Below, one piece after another: positions 1-10,007 of a DNA stretch of 64,000 nucleotides; position 1 is the stretch's first letter, and each line of letters starts with the position of its first letter. Source of the stretch: Alphaproteobacteria bacterium (lineage in GTDB: Bacteria; Pseudomonadota; Alphaproteobacteria; MPNO01); assembly GCA_964291675.2 (NCBI GenBank), contig OZ219865.1:128001-192000 (forward strand), given 5' to 3'. The translations under genes and the position numbers were made by a program. The notes beneath the pieces were generated by a model. The model searched no databases, was not told where the DNA came from, and was given only the letters and a program-made list of their open reading frames with translations.

Positions 1-981
1 AACCTGGTCTGCATCGAGGAGACCGGCAACGCCGAGCGGCTGACCTGCGTCTACCACAACTGGACCTACGATCTCGAGGGCAGGCTCGCGAGCATCGCCT
101 TCGAGCGCGGCATCCGCGGCAAGGGCGGCATGGCGGCGGATTTCGACCGCGCGAGCCACGGCCTCCAGCGCCTCCGCGTGGAGACCCGCAACGGGCTCGT
201 ATTCGGCACGTTCTCCGCGACCGCGCCCGCGCTCGCCGACTATCTGGGCCCGGAGATGCGCGCCAATCTCGACCGCGTGCTGGGCCGCGAGATGGAGATC
301 CTGGGCCGCTTCCGGCACCGGCTCGACGGCAACTGGAAGCTCTATGTCGAGAACGTGCGCGACACCTATCACGCGACGCTGCTGCACGCCTTCTTCCCGA
401 CCTTCGGGCTGGTGCGCCTGTCGATGAAGGGCGGGATCGAGCTCAGCGAGGGCGGGCTGCACCATTTGACCTATTCGATCGGCGCCTCGGACCGGCCGGA
501 GTCGCAGTACAACGCCCGCGACCTGCGCGCGGTGAAGGAGGGGTTTTCGCTCGACGCGCCGGAACTCCTCGACTCGTGGCCGGAATACGAATGCGGCACC
601 ACGCTCGCGATCCAGAGCATCTTTCCCAACTTCTCCGTGCAGCAGCTCTCCAACGTCATCACCGTGCGGCTGATCGTCCCGCGCGGGCCCGACGAGAGCC
701 TGCTCACCTGGTGGGTTCTCGGCGCCGTGGACGATACCCCGGAACAGCGCGCGATGCGGCTCCGCCAGTCCAACCTGGTCGGGCCCGGCGGCTATATCGC
801 GATGGAGGACGGCGCCGTGGTCGGCTGGGTGCGCCGCGGCATCGCCGGCGCCGGCGACCGGAGCTCGGTGCTGGCGATGGGCGGCCGCGATGTCGCACGC
901 GGCTCCGACAGCCGCTGCAACGAGCTTTCCGTGCGCGGCTTCTGGCAGGGCTGGCACGGGCTGATGCGGGGCCCTCGCTAA
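1..981 (+). CDS. Rieske aromatic ring-hydroxylating oxygenase alpha subunit (5' partial)
   Basis: Frame open from base 1 with Rieske half-motif TCVYHNWTY. Mononuclear Fe motif NWKLYVENVRDTYHATLLH and C-terminal EDG. Resembles the salicylate-5-hydroxylase/terephthalate dioxygenase class. Confidence 0.9.
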   Translation, partial: NLVCIEETGNAERLTCVYHNWTYDLEGRLASIAFERGIRGKGGMAADFDRASHGLQRLRVETRNGLVFGTFSATAPALADYLGPEMRANLDRVLGREMEILGRFRHRLDGNWKLYVENVRDTYHATLLHAFFPTFGLVRLSMKGGIELSEGGLHHLTYSIGASDRPESQYNARDLRAVKEGFSLDAPELLDSWPEYECGTTLAIQSIFPNFSVQQLSNVITVRLIVPRGPDESLLTWWVLGAVDDTPEQRAMRLRQSNLVGPGGYIAMEDGAVVGWVRRGIAGAGDRSSVLAMGGRDVARGSDSRCNELSVRGFWQGWHGLMRGPR

Positions 982-1399
982 CCCGGCAGGTCGACCGGCC
1001 AGCGGGGCGCGACCTCGGTCCACTCGTCGTCGGCTTCGGCGGGCCAGGGCGGCATGGTGACCGCGAAGGCGGCGAGCGGCGCGTCCCCGGTCGCGCGGAA
1101 CTGGAACGACGTCCCCACCGGGATCGTCAGGCAGATCCCGGGCGTGAGTGCCGCAGTCCCCGGTCGCGCGGAATTTCTTCCCGCTCGCCGTCGCGCCGCC
1201 ACATCTCGCCCTGCCCGGCGACGATGTACCAGATCTCCTCGACCGTGCGGTGGCGCCCGGCGCGCGAGACCGCGCCCGGGGCGAGGCGGAAATGCGCCGC
1301 GCTGCCGCCGCCGAGCCCGGCCAGCACCCGCACCTCCGAGCCGTCGGGCGCGATGGCGTCCGGCTCGGCGGGGAGCGGCCGGGTGGCGAAGCCGGGCAT
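978..1399 (-). pseudogene. Cupin-domain protein, frameshifted
   Basis: N-half MPGFATRPLPAEPDAIAPDGSEVRVL...HRTVEEIWYIVAGQGEMWRR is in one frame and C-half LTPGICLTIPVGTSFQFRATGDAPLAAFAVTMPPWP in another. The break is near 1156-1173. Confidence 0.75.
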
Positions 1400-1410
1400 C
1401 GGGCCGGCGC

Positions 1411-2103
1411 TCAGCGCTTGCGGTACTGCTCGGCGCCGAACAGGTTGGACCAGTCCTCGGCGCTCCAGCTCCGCCGGTCGGCGGTGTCGGTGAGCCGCTC
1501 CATGTCGCGCGCGACGGCGGGCCGGGCGGAGATCGTCCCGAACCAGCGCAGCACGTTGGGGTGGTCCTCCAGCGCCTGCCCCTGGCGGCCGTGCAGCCGG
1601 CACCAGGGGAAGATCGCCATGTCGGCGATGGTGTACTCGCCGGCGACGAACTCGGCCTCGCCCAGCCGCCGGTCGAGCACCTGGTAGAGCCGGCGCGCCT
1701 CGTTGGTGTAGCGGTCGAAGGCGTAGTCGATCTTCTCCGGCGCATAGGCGCGGAAGTGATGCGCCTGGCCCAGCATCGGGCCGAAGCTCGCCATCTGCCA
1801 CATCAGCCACTGCATCGTCTCCAGGCGCGCGCGGGGCTCTTCGGGCAGGAACCGGCCGGTCTTCTCGGCGAGGTAGAGCAGGATCGCCCCCGATTCGAAG
1901 ACCGCGATCGGCTTCCCGTCCGGCCCGTCGTCGTCGGCGAGCGCCGGGATCTTGTTGTTCGGGCTGATGGCGAGGAACTTTGGGTCGAACTGGTCGCCCT
2001 TCTCCAGGTCGATCCAGTGCTCGTCATAGGCAAGCCCGGTCTCTTCCAGCATGATGTGGATCTTCTGGCCGTTGGGCGTGGCCGAGGTGTAGAGGTCGAT
2101 CAC
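1411..2103 (-). CDS. Glutathione S-transferase (YfcG/YghU-like GSH-dependent disulfide oxidoreductase)
   Basis: IDLYTSATPNGQKIHIMLEE, SPNNKIPAL, FESGAILLYLAEK; probable GTG start at 2103. Confidence 0.9.
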   Translation of the reverse strand: MIDLYTSATPNGQKIHIMLEETGLAYDEHWIDLEKGDQFDPKFLAISPNNKIPALADDDGPDGKPIAVFESGAILLYLAEKTGRFLPEEPRARLETMQWLMWQMASFGPMLGQAHHFRAYAPEKIDYAFDRYTNEARRLYQVLDRRLGEAEFVAGEYTIADMAIFPWCRLHGRQGQALEDHPNVLRWFGTISARPAVARDMERLTDTADRRSWSAEDWSNLFGAEQYRKR

Positions 2104-2185
2104 GTCGCGCTCCCCGCGGTTGTTCGGGACGGCGCAGAAAACCACAGTTCATCCGCGGCGGGAACAGGCGCGGGGGCGCAGGGTC

Positions 2186-2716
2186 TTGAGTGCGTGGATC
2201 TTCGGTTACGGCTCGCTGGTCTGGCGGCCCGATTTCCCCTATCTCGAACGCCGCACGGCGGCGATCGACGGCTGGGCGCGGCGCTTCTGGCAGGGCTCCA
2301 CCGACCACCGGGGCGTGCCGGGCGACCCCGGGCGGGTGGTCACGCTGGTGCGCGAGGCGGGGGCGCGGTGCTGGGGCCGGGCCTATCGCATCGGGGGAAG
2401 GGACGGCGAGGCGATCCTGGAGGGGCTCGCGTTTCGCGAGAAGGGCGGCTACGACCGGATCGTGCTCGACCTCCATTTCGCCGCCCCCGAGGCGCCGGCC
2501 CCGGGCTTCGTCTATTTCGCCAACCCGCAGAACCCCAACTGGCTCGGCCCGGCGCCGCTCGCCGATATCGCCCGCCAGGTGCGCCGCAGCCACGGGCCGA
2601 GCGGGGCCAATGTCGAGTACGTCCTGGAGCTGGCCGGCGCGCTGCGCGAGATGGAGGTCGAGGACGCCCACGTGTTCGCCCTCGCCGACCTCGTCAAAGG
2701 GGAGGGGGCACCCTAG
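2186..2716 (+). CDS. chaC: ChaC-family glutathione-specific gamma-glutamylcyclotransferase
   Basis: [44 protein letters not shown]. Confidence 0.88.
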   Translation: MSAWIFGYGSLVWRPDFPYLERRTAAIDGWARRFWQGSTDHRGVPGDPGRVVTLVREAGARCWGRAYRIGGRDGEAILEGLAFREKGGYDRIVLDLHFAAPEAPAPGFVYFANPQNPNWLGPAPLADIARQVRRSHGPSGANVEYVLELAGALREMEVEDAHVFALADLVKGEGAP

Positions 2717-2747
2717 ATTAGGACCGGGACCGAAAGGGAGGATTGCG

Positions 2748-3221
2748 ATGGCGAAGGCGATATTCGGCGCCGGCTGCTTCTGGGGCGTCGAGGAGGCCTA
2801 CCGGCAGGTCGAGGGCGTGACCGCGACCGCGGTCGGCTATGCCGGGGGCAGCGTCGACAACCCGACCTACGAGATGGTGTGCTCCGGCCGCACCGGCCAC
2901 GCCGAGGCGGTGCAGGTCGAGTTCGACCCCGGCAAGGTGAGCTACGAGGCGCTGCTAACACTGTTCTGGCAGGTGCACGACCCGACCCAGATCGACCGCC
3001 AGGGCCCCGATATCGGCACCCAGTACCGCAGCGTCATCTTCGCCTTGGACGCGGAGCAGGAGGAGGCCGCGCGGCGCTCGCTCGACGACGAGCAGGCGAG
3101 CGGCCGCCACCGCCGCGACATCGCGACGCGGATCGAGCCTGCCGCGACCTTCTGGATCGCCGAGGACTACCACCAGCAATACTTCGCCAAGCGCGGCCAC
3201 CGCCGCTTCGGCCTGTTCTAG
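2748..3221 (+). CDS. msrA: Peptide-methionine (S)-S-oxide reductase
   Basis: GAGCFWGVE motif, [27 protein letters not shown]; RBS GGAGG upstream. Confidence 0.97.
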   Translation: MAKAIFGAGCFWGVEEAYRQVEGVTATAVGYAGGSVDNPTYEMVCSGRTGHAEAVQVEFDPGKVSYEALLTLFWQVHDPTQIDRQGPDIGTQYRSVIFALDAEQEEAARRSLDDEQASGRHRRDIATRIEPAATFWIAEDYHQQYFAKRGHRRFGLF

Positions 3222-3418
3222 CGCTTCGCCCTTCGATAGGGGCTTATACCGAATACTTGACGGGCGGGGGCCGGGCGCCACGGGGACGGCGCGGCCGCGC
3301 GGCGCGATCTGCGGCGTGCCCGCCGGCGATCCCCGGCGTCGTGCCCGAGCGCCCGAACGCTCCCCATGCTTCCATGCTGCCCCACCTCGTGATGCTCCCC
3401 CCGTCATGCACCCCCCTC

Positions 3419-3552
3419 GTCATGCCCGGACTTGATCCGGGCACCCATGCAGCCTCTCGGCGCGCACAACGACCCGTGGGGGGGGGGGGTGGCGCCGGTG
3501 GGTGGCCGGATCAAGTCCGGCCATGGGTGCCCGGATCAAGTCCGGGCATGAC
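3419..3552. repeat. REP-like palindromic repeat cluster (GTCATGCCCGGACTTGATCCGGGCA family)
   Basis: gtcatgcccggacttgatccgggcaccca plus two inverted copies ending ggatcaagtccgggcatgac. Confidence 0.85.
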
Positions 3553-3705
3553 GGGTGGGGGAGTAGCGGGAGTGTCGGTGGAGTAACGGGGAGAAGGAGC
3601 GGGGGCCGGCCATGACGGTGAGAGTGGCGGCGCCGCGAGCGCCCTCCGGCGACGACTCGCGCGGCCGGTTCCTCTAGTATCCGCCCTCCACCGGGGAGGG
3701 CGCGC

Positions 3706-4893
3706 ATGGCGACCATGGCGAAGGACGTCGATATCGGCGCGGCGCTGATCGAGCGCGCGGATGCGCTGGCGCCCGCCCTGGCGGCGCGCGCCGAGAAGAC
3801 CGCCGCGCTCCGGCGCCTGCCGGACGAGACCTTCCATGCGCTCCGCGACTCCGACCTCCTCAAGGCGGCGCGCGCCGAACGTTTCGGCGGCTACGCGCTC
3901 GGCCTCGACGAGGTGCTCGAAATCGTCGTCCGGCTGGGCCGCGGCTGCGGCTCGACCGCCTGGGTCTACGGCATCTATTGCGACCACGCGATCACCGTCG
4001 GCATGTTCGAGCCCGATGCCCAGGACGAGGTCTGGGGCGACGACCCGGAAGCGGTGATCTCCTCCGGCCTGGCGCCGTCCGGCAAGGTCGAGCGCGTCCC
4101 CGGCGGCTACCGGGTCTGCGGGCGCTGGCAGTTCTCCAGCGGCTGCGATCATGCCGGCTGGGTGTTCGTCCAGAGCATGATCCCGCCGGCCGGAGACGGC
4201 GCGGGGCCGACGCCCGCCTATCTGCTGGTGCCGAGGAGCGACTGGGAGATCGACGACACCTGGTTCGTCACCGGGCTCGCCGGCACCGGCAGCAAGGACA
4301 TCGTGATCGGGAACGCCTTCGTGCCGCCGCACCGGGTGCAGCCGATCGCCCCGCTGAACGCCGGCGAGGGGCCGGGCGCGCGGGTCAACAAGGCGCCGAT
4401 CTACCGCCTGCCGCGCATCGCGACGGTGCCGTTCTCCCTGGTTGCGCCGGCCCTCGGCGTGGCGGACGCGATGATCGATGCCTTCGTCGAGCGGACTTCG
4501 GCGCGGGCGACCCGCGGGGTGCGCCATGCCGAGCTCACCACGGTGCAGCTCCGCCTCGCCGAGGCCGCCGCCGAGCGCGACTGCGCCCGGCTGCTGCTTT
4601 CGCGCGCGACCGCCGAGACCATGGCGGCGATGCGGAGCGCGGGCCGGCTCGGCCTCGAACAGCGCGCGCGCAACCGGCGCGACATGGCCTATATCGCGAC
4701 GCTGCTCACCCGCGCCGCCGAGCGCATCTACGGCGTCACCGGCGCGAGCGGGCTGTTCGACGGCAACCCGATGAAGCGCATGTTCCACGACATCCGCGCG
4801 GTCGCCGCCCACCACATCACCGCCTGGGACATCGCCGGCCCGACCTACGGCCAGGTCGCGCTCGGGCTGGAGCCGACCAACCCGCTGGTCTAG
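3706..4893 (+). CDS. Flavin-dependent monooxygenase, acyl-CoA dehydrogenase fold (HsaA-like)
   Basis: GCGSTAW, GRWQFSSGCDHAGW, DDTWFVTGLAGTGSKD. Confidence 0.88.
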   Translation: MATMAKDVDIGAALIERADALAPALAARAEKTAALRRLPDETFHALRDSDLLKAARAERFGGYALGLDEVLEIVVRLGRGCGSTAWVYGIYCDHAITVGMFEPDAQDEVWGDDPEAVISSGLAPSGKVERVPGGYRVCGRWQFSSGCDHAGWVFVQSMIPPAGDGAGPTPAYLLVPRSDWEIDDTWFVTGLAGTGSKDIVIGNAFVPPHRVQPIAPLNAGEGPGARVNKAPIYRLPRIATVPFSLVAPALGVADAMIDAFVERTSARATRGVRHAELTTVQLRLAEAAAERDCARLLLSRATAETMAAMRSAGRLGLEQRARNRRDMAYIATLLTRAAERIYGVTGASGLFDGNPMKRMFHDIRAVAAHHITAWDIAGPTYGQVALGLEPTNPLV

Positions 4894-5486
4894 CCTGACC
4901 GCCCCTTCTCCAGCAGCGCGGCCTCGATCGGCACGCCGAGGCTCTCGTGGACGGTGTTGTACATCTTCCAGAAGCCGACCACGCAGGCGAGCTCGACGAC
5001 CTCTGGCGGGGTCAGCGCCGCGGCCAGGCGCTCAAGGATTTCCGGCGGCATGTTTGCCGCATCCAGCGTCGCCGCGCGGGCATAGGCGAAGCAGGCGCGC
5101 TCCACCGGGTCTTCCGGCTCGTAGCCCGGGTCGAGCAGGGCGTCGATGTCGCCTTCCGCGCAGCCCCAGCCCTCGCTCCCCCCGCCCCCGGCGGCGGCGA
5201 GCGTGTTGGCGTTATGCGCGACGCAATAGGCCGAGCGGTTGAGGGCGCTGCAGAACGCGGCGATGCGCCGCTTGAGCCCGCGGTCGAGATGGCTCGAGGG
5301 ATCGCGCATCACGGTGTCGTTGAGCCGGATCAGGCATTGCAGCAATTCCGGCCGGTGCATGTAGAGCTTGAGCGCGTTGGGCAGGAATCCCATGCGCGTC
5401 TCGTAGGCCGCGACGGCGGCGGCGAGGTCGCCCGGCAGGGCGGCGCGGTCGGCATAGGGGATCGGCGGGCGGGCTTCGTCGGTCAT
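4890..5486 (-). CDS. Carboxymuconolactone decarboxylase/AhpD-like protein
   Basis: MGFLPNALKLYMHRPE, SALNRSAYCVAH, LTPPEVVELACVVGF. Confidence 0.75.
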   Translation of the reverse strand: MTDEARPPIPYADRAALPGDLAAAVAAYETRMGFLPNALKLYMHRPELLQCLIRLNDTVMRDPSSHLDRGLKRRIAAFCSALNRSAYCVAHNANTLAAAGGGGSEGWGCAEGDIDALLDPGYEPEDPVERACFAYARAATLDAANMPPEILERLAAALTPPEVVELACVVGFWKMYNTVHESLGVPIEAALLEKGRSG

Positions 5487-5494
5487 GGCGCGCC

Positions 5495-6904
5495 TCACCC
5501 GAGATAGTCTTCGAGCTTCACCTTGCCCCAGTTGAGCGGGAAGGCCTCGCGGAAATCGTCGCCGCCGCGATGCGGCTTCGCGGTCGCGTCGATGCCGATC
5601 TTGCCGACCAGGCGGAACGGCTCGTGGCCGGCGAGCGGCGCGGCCGAGGGGTCGTAGGGCGAGCCCCGGGTGCCCGGCACCACGACGATGTCGCGCGCGG
5701 GGTCCACCCGCGTCGCCATCGCGCGGTAGACCGCGCCCGGGCTCTCGATGTCGGTGTCGGGGCTGATCGCCACCACCATCTTGGTGTTGAGCCAGGGCGC
5801 CCCCATGGCCTGCATCAGCGCGTCGTTGACGAAGCCCTCGCGCGGGTAGCTCACCTGCAGGATGCAGGAGACCGCCGCCCCCCAGCTCGGGAAGCGCACC
5901 TCGTGCACGGTGAGCCCGATCTCCGAGATCCGGTTGTACAGCACCGCCTCGTGGCAGAGCCTGGGCAGCGGCTGGTGGTCGGTCTCCGGCACCGTCTGGT
6001 GGTTGCGGTAGATCGGCCGGTCGCCGCGCATGGCGATCGCGGTCACGTCGATGCGCGGGATGTTCTGCTGCTGCGGCAGGAAATACATGGTGGGCGCGTT
6101 GACCCCGCCGGCCTCCTGCGTGCCCGTGAGGTCGACCAGCCCCTCGACGACGATCTCGGCATGGGCCGGCACGCGGAGCTCGACGGTCTCGCAGGGCACC
6201 ATGTCCACGTCCCGGCCCATGACCGTGCCCACCATCTCCAGCTCGCCCCAGAGATCCATGTGCATGCCGGAGAAATTGGCCATGATCTCGTAGGCCGGGT
6301 GGACCCCGAAGACCAGCGCGATCGGCATCTCGGTCCGGCCCATGGCGCGGTACTTGTCCATGATGATGTGGGTGTGCGGGGTGGCGAAGCTGATCCATCC
6401 GTGGCGCGGCCCGACCGGCGTGGTGCCGGCATGGGACGAGTTGTAGAACCCGGTCTCCGGGTCGCGCACGATGTTCATCGCCGAGATGTAGCGCTGGCCT
6501 TCCTCGGCCGAGTGGACCGGCACCGGCAGCTTCAGCCAGTCGACCTCCTCGCCGGTGCGCACGACCTCCTTGACCGGGCCGGTGGCGACGTCGACGAAGC
6601 CGCGCGGCGGCTCGCGCAGGCGCCGCGCCAGCGTCGGCAAGAAGTCCGCCTCGGCCACGCCGAGCGCGCGGCATTGCGACCAGCGGTGCTTGACCAGGAT
6701 GTCGCAGAGCCGGAAGCCGGGGTATTCGGCGATGTCCTCGAACAGGATCGGCCCCTCGGACTGGGCCGACAGCGCGCCGATATCGTCGATCGAGACCGGC
6801 TTTTCGATCACCGTCAGTATGTCGGCGTTGGTCTCCAGATAGCCGCGCAGATCGCAATCCAGCGCGCGGTTGGCGAGCTTGTGGGGGGACGCGGCGCCGG
6901 CCAT
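5495..6904 (-). CDS. UbiD-family (prFMN-dependent) decarboxylase
   Basis: PILFEDI, TGPVKEVV, LPVP-H, RDPETG, VPAHAEIVVEG, MATRVDPARDI, GKIGIDAT. Confidence 0.88.
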   Translation of the reverse strand: MAGAASPHKLANRALDCDLRGYLETNADILTVIEKPVSIDDIGALSAQSEGPILFEDIAEYPGFRLCDILVKHRWSQCRALGVAEADFLPTLARRLREPPRGFVDVATGPVKEVVRTGEEVDWLKLPVPVHSAEEGQRYISAMNIVRDPETGFYNSSHAGTTPVGPRHGWISFATPHTHIIMDKYRAMGRTEMPIALVFGVHPAYEIMANFSGMHMDLWGELEMVGTVMGRDVDMVPCETVELRVPAHAEIVVEGLVDLTGTQEAGGVNAPTMYFLPQQQNIPRIDVTAIAMRGDRPIYRNHQTVPETDHQPLPRLCHEAVLYNRISEIGLTVHEVRFPSWGAAVSCILQVSYPREGFVNDALMQAMGAPWLNTKMVVAISPDTDIESPGAVYRAMATRVDPARDIVVVPGTRGSPYDPSAAPLAGHEPFRLVGKIGIDATAKPHRGGDDFREAFPLNWGKVKLEDYLG

Positions 6905-6968
6905 GGTCGCCTCCTGGGAGTTGCGGCGGCAGGATAGGCCGACGCGCCCGCCCGACCAACCGGGCCGG

Positions 6969-7076
6969 TCCTGCGATACGCCGCCCTTCGGGCGGCTACT
7001 CAGGATGAGGGGAAGGGTGAACGGCCAGCGAGAGATTCCCTCATCCTGAGTAGCGGCGAAGCCGCGTATCGAAGGA
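6969..7076. repeat. Second REP-like family (CTACTCAGGATGAGGG / CCCTCATCCTGAGTAG inverted pair)
   Basis: Inverted pair; a related copy lies at 33023-33113. Confidence 0.75.
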
Positions 7077-7099
7077 CGGCCCCGCCTCGGCCCCAAGCC

Positions 7100-7208
7100 G
7101 TCATGCCCGGACTTGATCCGGGCACCCACTGGCGCCGCCACTTCTCCCTGCCGGGCGCGTCCCGGGCGGCGGGGCCGCATGGATGCCCGGAACAAGCCCG
7201 GCCATGAC
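7100..7208. repeat. REP-like palindromic inverted pair
   Basis: gtcatgcccggacttgatccgggcaccca ... tggatgcccggaacaagcccggccatgac. Confidence 0.85.
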
Positions 7209-7269
7209 GGGTGAAGTGACGCGGGGCGGGCTTTCCCGCCCGGGCGGGATTGGGCTAGCGTGCACGGCC

Positions 7270-8571
7270 ATGAAGCTCGGCATGTTCTACTGGCCCTGCG
7301 GCCACCACATGGCGGCCTGGCGGCATCCCGACGGGGTGGCCGATTCGGGCGCCAATATCGGCCACATCGTCGAGCTCGCGAAGCTCGCCGAGCGCGGCCT
7401 GTTCGACCTGTTCTTCATGGCCGATTCGGTGTCGTTCTGGCGCGGCGACCTCGAATCCATGACCCGCGATTCCTTCGGCGCCTGGATCGAGCCGTTCACC
7501 GTGATGTGCTCGCTCGCCCAGCACACCAGCCGGATCGGTCTGGTCTGCACCTCCACCACCACCTACGACCAGCCATACGCGCTCGCCCGGCGCTTCGCCT
7601 CGCTCGATGTCGCGAGCGGCGGGCGGGCGGGGTGGAACCTGATCACCTCGGCCAACAAGCTGGAGGCCGCGAGCTTCGGCCTCGACCGGCACCTGGAGAA
7701 GACCGAGCGCTACCGCCGCGCCCGCGAGTTCGCCCATGTGGTGCGCGGGTTGTGGAACTCCTGGGGCGAGGGGGTGTTCGTCCGCGACAAGGATTCGGGC
7801 CGCTATTTCGACGCGACCAGGCTGAACGTGCTGGAGCACGAGGGCGAGCATTTCCGGGTGCGCGGGCCGATCAACGTGCCGCCCTCGCCGCAGGGCGAGC
7901 CGGTGATGGTGCAGGCCGGCGCCTCCGACGACGGGCGACAGCTCGCCGCCGAGACCGCCGAGGTGATCTTTGGCGCGCAGCAGACCATCGAGGGGGCGCA
8001 AGCGTTTTATGCCGACGTGAAGGGCCGCATGGTTGCCTGCGGCCGCGACCCGGATTCGCTCAAAATCCTGCCCGGGCTCGCGGTCTGCGTGGCGCCGACG
8101 CAGGACGAGGCCGAGGACAGGTACGAGGCGCTGCAGGCGCTGATCGACCCGCTGGCCGGGATGCAGCTCTTGTCGCGGCGCATCGATTTCGACCTCACCG
8201 GCTACGACGTCGACGGCCCGCTGCCGGAGCTCCCGCCCAACAAGACGGTCTCGACAAGGGCGCAGCTCTTCGCCGAGATCGGGCGCCGCGAGAAGCTCAC
8301 CATCCGCGACCTCTACCGCCGCATCGCCGGCGCGCGCGGCCATTGCGAGATCGTCGGCACGCCCGAGCGCGTCGCCGACATGATGGAGCAGTGGGTGAGC
8401 GAGCGCGCCTGCGACGGCTTCAACATCATGCCGCCGGTCTTCCCCGCGAGCCTGGAGGACTTCGTCGACCTGGTAATCCCCGAGCTCCAGCGCCGCGGCC
8501 TCTACCGCACCGAGTACGAGGGCACGACGCTCCGCGAAAACCTCGGACTCACCCGCCCGCCCTGGCCGTAG
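7270..8571 (+). CDS. NtaA/DszA/SnaA-family LLM FMN-dependent monooxygenase
   Basis: GHHMAAWRHP, AERGLFDLFFMAD, PYALARRFASLD, GRAGWN, QAGASDDG, DGFNIMP, EYEGTTLRENLGL. Confidence 0.92.
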   Translation: MKLGMFYWPCGHHMAAWRHPDGVADSGANIGHIVELAKLAERGLFDLFFMADSVSFWRGDLESMTRDSFGAWIEPFTVMCSLAQHTSRIGLVCTSTTTYDQPYALARRFASLDVASGGRAGWNLITSANKLEAASFGLDRHLEKTERYRRAREFAHVVRGLWNSWGEGVFVRDKDSGRYFDATRLNVLEHEGEHFRVRGPINVPPSPQGEPVMVQAGASDDGRQLAAETAEVIFGAQQTIEGAQAFYADVKGRMVACGRDPDSLKILPGLAVCVAPTQDEAEDRYEALQALIDPLAGMQLLSRRIDFDLTGYDVDGPLPELPPNKTVSTRAQLFAEIGRREKLTIRDLYRRIAGARGHCEIVGTPERVADMMEQWVSERACDGFNIMPPVFPASLEDFVDLVIPELQRRGLYRTEYEGTTLRENLGLTRPPWP

Positions 8572-8641
8572 GGGGGCTTGCGCGGACCCGACCGGTCCGC
8601 GGTCGCGGCCCTCGCGTCCTTCCTCAACGTTCCCTCCCCCC

Positions 8642-8670
8642 GTCATGGCCGGACTTGTTCCGGCCATCCA
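8642..8670. repeat. Single REP-like palindrome
   Basis: gtcatggccggacttgttccggccatcca. Confidence 0.8.
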
Positions 8671-8680
8671 TGCCGCGCGC

Positions 8681-8728
8681 TTGACAACCACTATTTCCCA
8701 ACAATATTGTTGCCAACAATTTCGTTGG
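8681..8728 (+). promoter_or_regulatory. Putative sigma70 promoter with tandem operator-like palindromes
   Basis: TTGACA at 8681 and TATTGT at 8705. Perfect palindrome CAACAATATTGTTG (8699-8712) followed by imperfect CCAACAATTTCGTTGG. Confidence 0.55.
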
Positions 8729-8738
8729 GGAATCGGCC

Positions 8739-10007
8739 ATGCTCAGAAAGGGCGGCGGCAACTGGGTCGAGGGAGACCGGTTCTTCGACCGGGAGTTCGA
8801 GCTCCAAGCGCTGGAAGAGCGGGTCCGGGAGGGCATCCACACCCTGCTGACGGCGCAGCGGCGCATGGGCAAGACCAGCCTCGTGCGCGAGCTTCTGCGG
8901 CGGCTGGGCGACACGGGCGGGTTCGAGACGGTCTTTGCCGACCTTGAGGCCGCCACGGACCCGGCCGATGCCATCGCCGAGATCGGCGTCCAGGCGCGGC
9001 CGCTGCGCGGCGCGTGGGGCCGGATCGAGTCCGGTTTCGTCAACGTCCTGAGAGCGGCCGGCGACCGGATCGAGGAGCTTTCGCTGTCCGACCTCAAGGT
9101 GAGACTGCGCGCGGGGATCGATGCCGGCAACTGGCCGCAGCGAGGCGATGCGGTGTTCGCGGCCCTGGCGGCGAGCGACCGGCCCGTCGTTCTCGCGCTC
9201 GACGAGCTGCCGATCCTCGTCAACCGGCTGCTCAAGGACGAGACGGGCGTCGTCACCCCGGAGGGGAGGGGGCGGGCGGACTCGTTCCTGAGCTGGCTGC
9301 GCCGGAACGGGCAGACCCATCGCGGCCGGGTCACGATGATCCTGTCGGGCAGCGTCGGGCTCGAACCGCTGCTGGAGCAGGCCGGGCTCAGCGCCCATGC
9401 CAACATTTTTTCCGCCTACGATCTCGAACCCTGGAGCGAGGAGACCGCCGCGTCCTGCCTGGCGGCGCTCGCCGGGACCTACGGCATCGGGCTCCCGCCG
9501 GAGGTCGGCGCGGACATGTGCCGGCGCCTGCGCTGCTGCATCCCGCACCACGTGCAGATGTTCTTCGACAAGCTTCACGACCGGCTCCGGCGTGACGGCC
9601 GGCGGGACGCAGCGCTGGAGGACTCGGCGTGGGTCTACGGGCAGGAGATGCTGAGCGTGCGCGGTCAGGTCGATCTGCAGCACTACGAGGGCCGGCTGGA
9701 GACCGTCTTGGGGCGGGCGGGATATCCTGTCGCGCTTGAGCTGCTGACCGCGGCCGCGGTCGAAGGACTCCTGGACGACGATGCGCTCGACCGCTACGGC
9801 GCGCATTTCGCGGACCGGGCCGAGGACGGCGCGCCCTCGGTCGAGCATGTGCTGCACGTGCTGGAACATGACGGCTACCTGGAGCGGCGGGAGGGCGGCT
9901 ACCGGTTCGTCTCGGGGCTGCTGGAGGACTGGTGGCGCGGGCGTTACGGCCGGGGCTTCGTCGCTGCCGTCGAGCCTGCCGGACGACCGCCGGGAGCGGA
10001 CCGATGA
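8739..10007 (+). CDS. P-loop ATPase (STAND/archaeal-ATPase-like)
   Basis: FFDRE-EL pre-motif, Walker A AQRRMGKTS, Walker B VVLALDELP, C-terminal LEHDGYL (wHTH-like). Confidence 0.8.
   Translation: MLRKGGGNWVEGDRFFDREFELQALEERVREGIHTLLTAQRRMGKTSLVRELLRRLGDTGGFETVFADLEAATDPADAIAEIGVQARPLRGAWGRIESGFVNVLRAAGDRIEELSLSDLKVRLRAGIDAGNWPQRGDAVFAALAASDRPVVLALDELPILVNRLLKDETGVVTPEGRGRADSFLSWLRRNGQTHRGRVTMILSGSVGLEPLLEQAGLSAHANIFSAYDLEPWSEETAASCLAALAGTYGIGLPPEVGADMCRRLRCCIPHHVQMFFDKLHDRLRRDGRRDAALEDSAWVYGQEMLSVRGQVDLQHYEGRLETVLGRAGYPVALELLTAAAVEGLLDDDALDRYGAHFADRAEDGAPSVEHVLHVLEHDGYLERREGGYRFVSGLLEDWWRGRYGRGFVAAVEPAGRPPGADR

Noticed and set aside
7101-7283. Small ORFs containing CPDLIRA/MAGLVP/PGSSPGMT peptides (here and at other REP clusters)
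   Set aside because: They are translations of REP palindromes, not independent genes.
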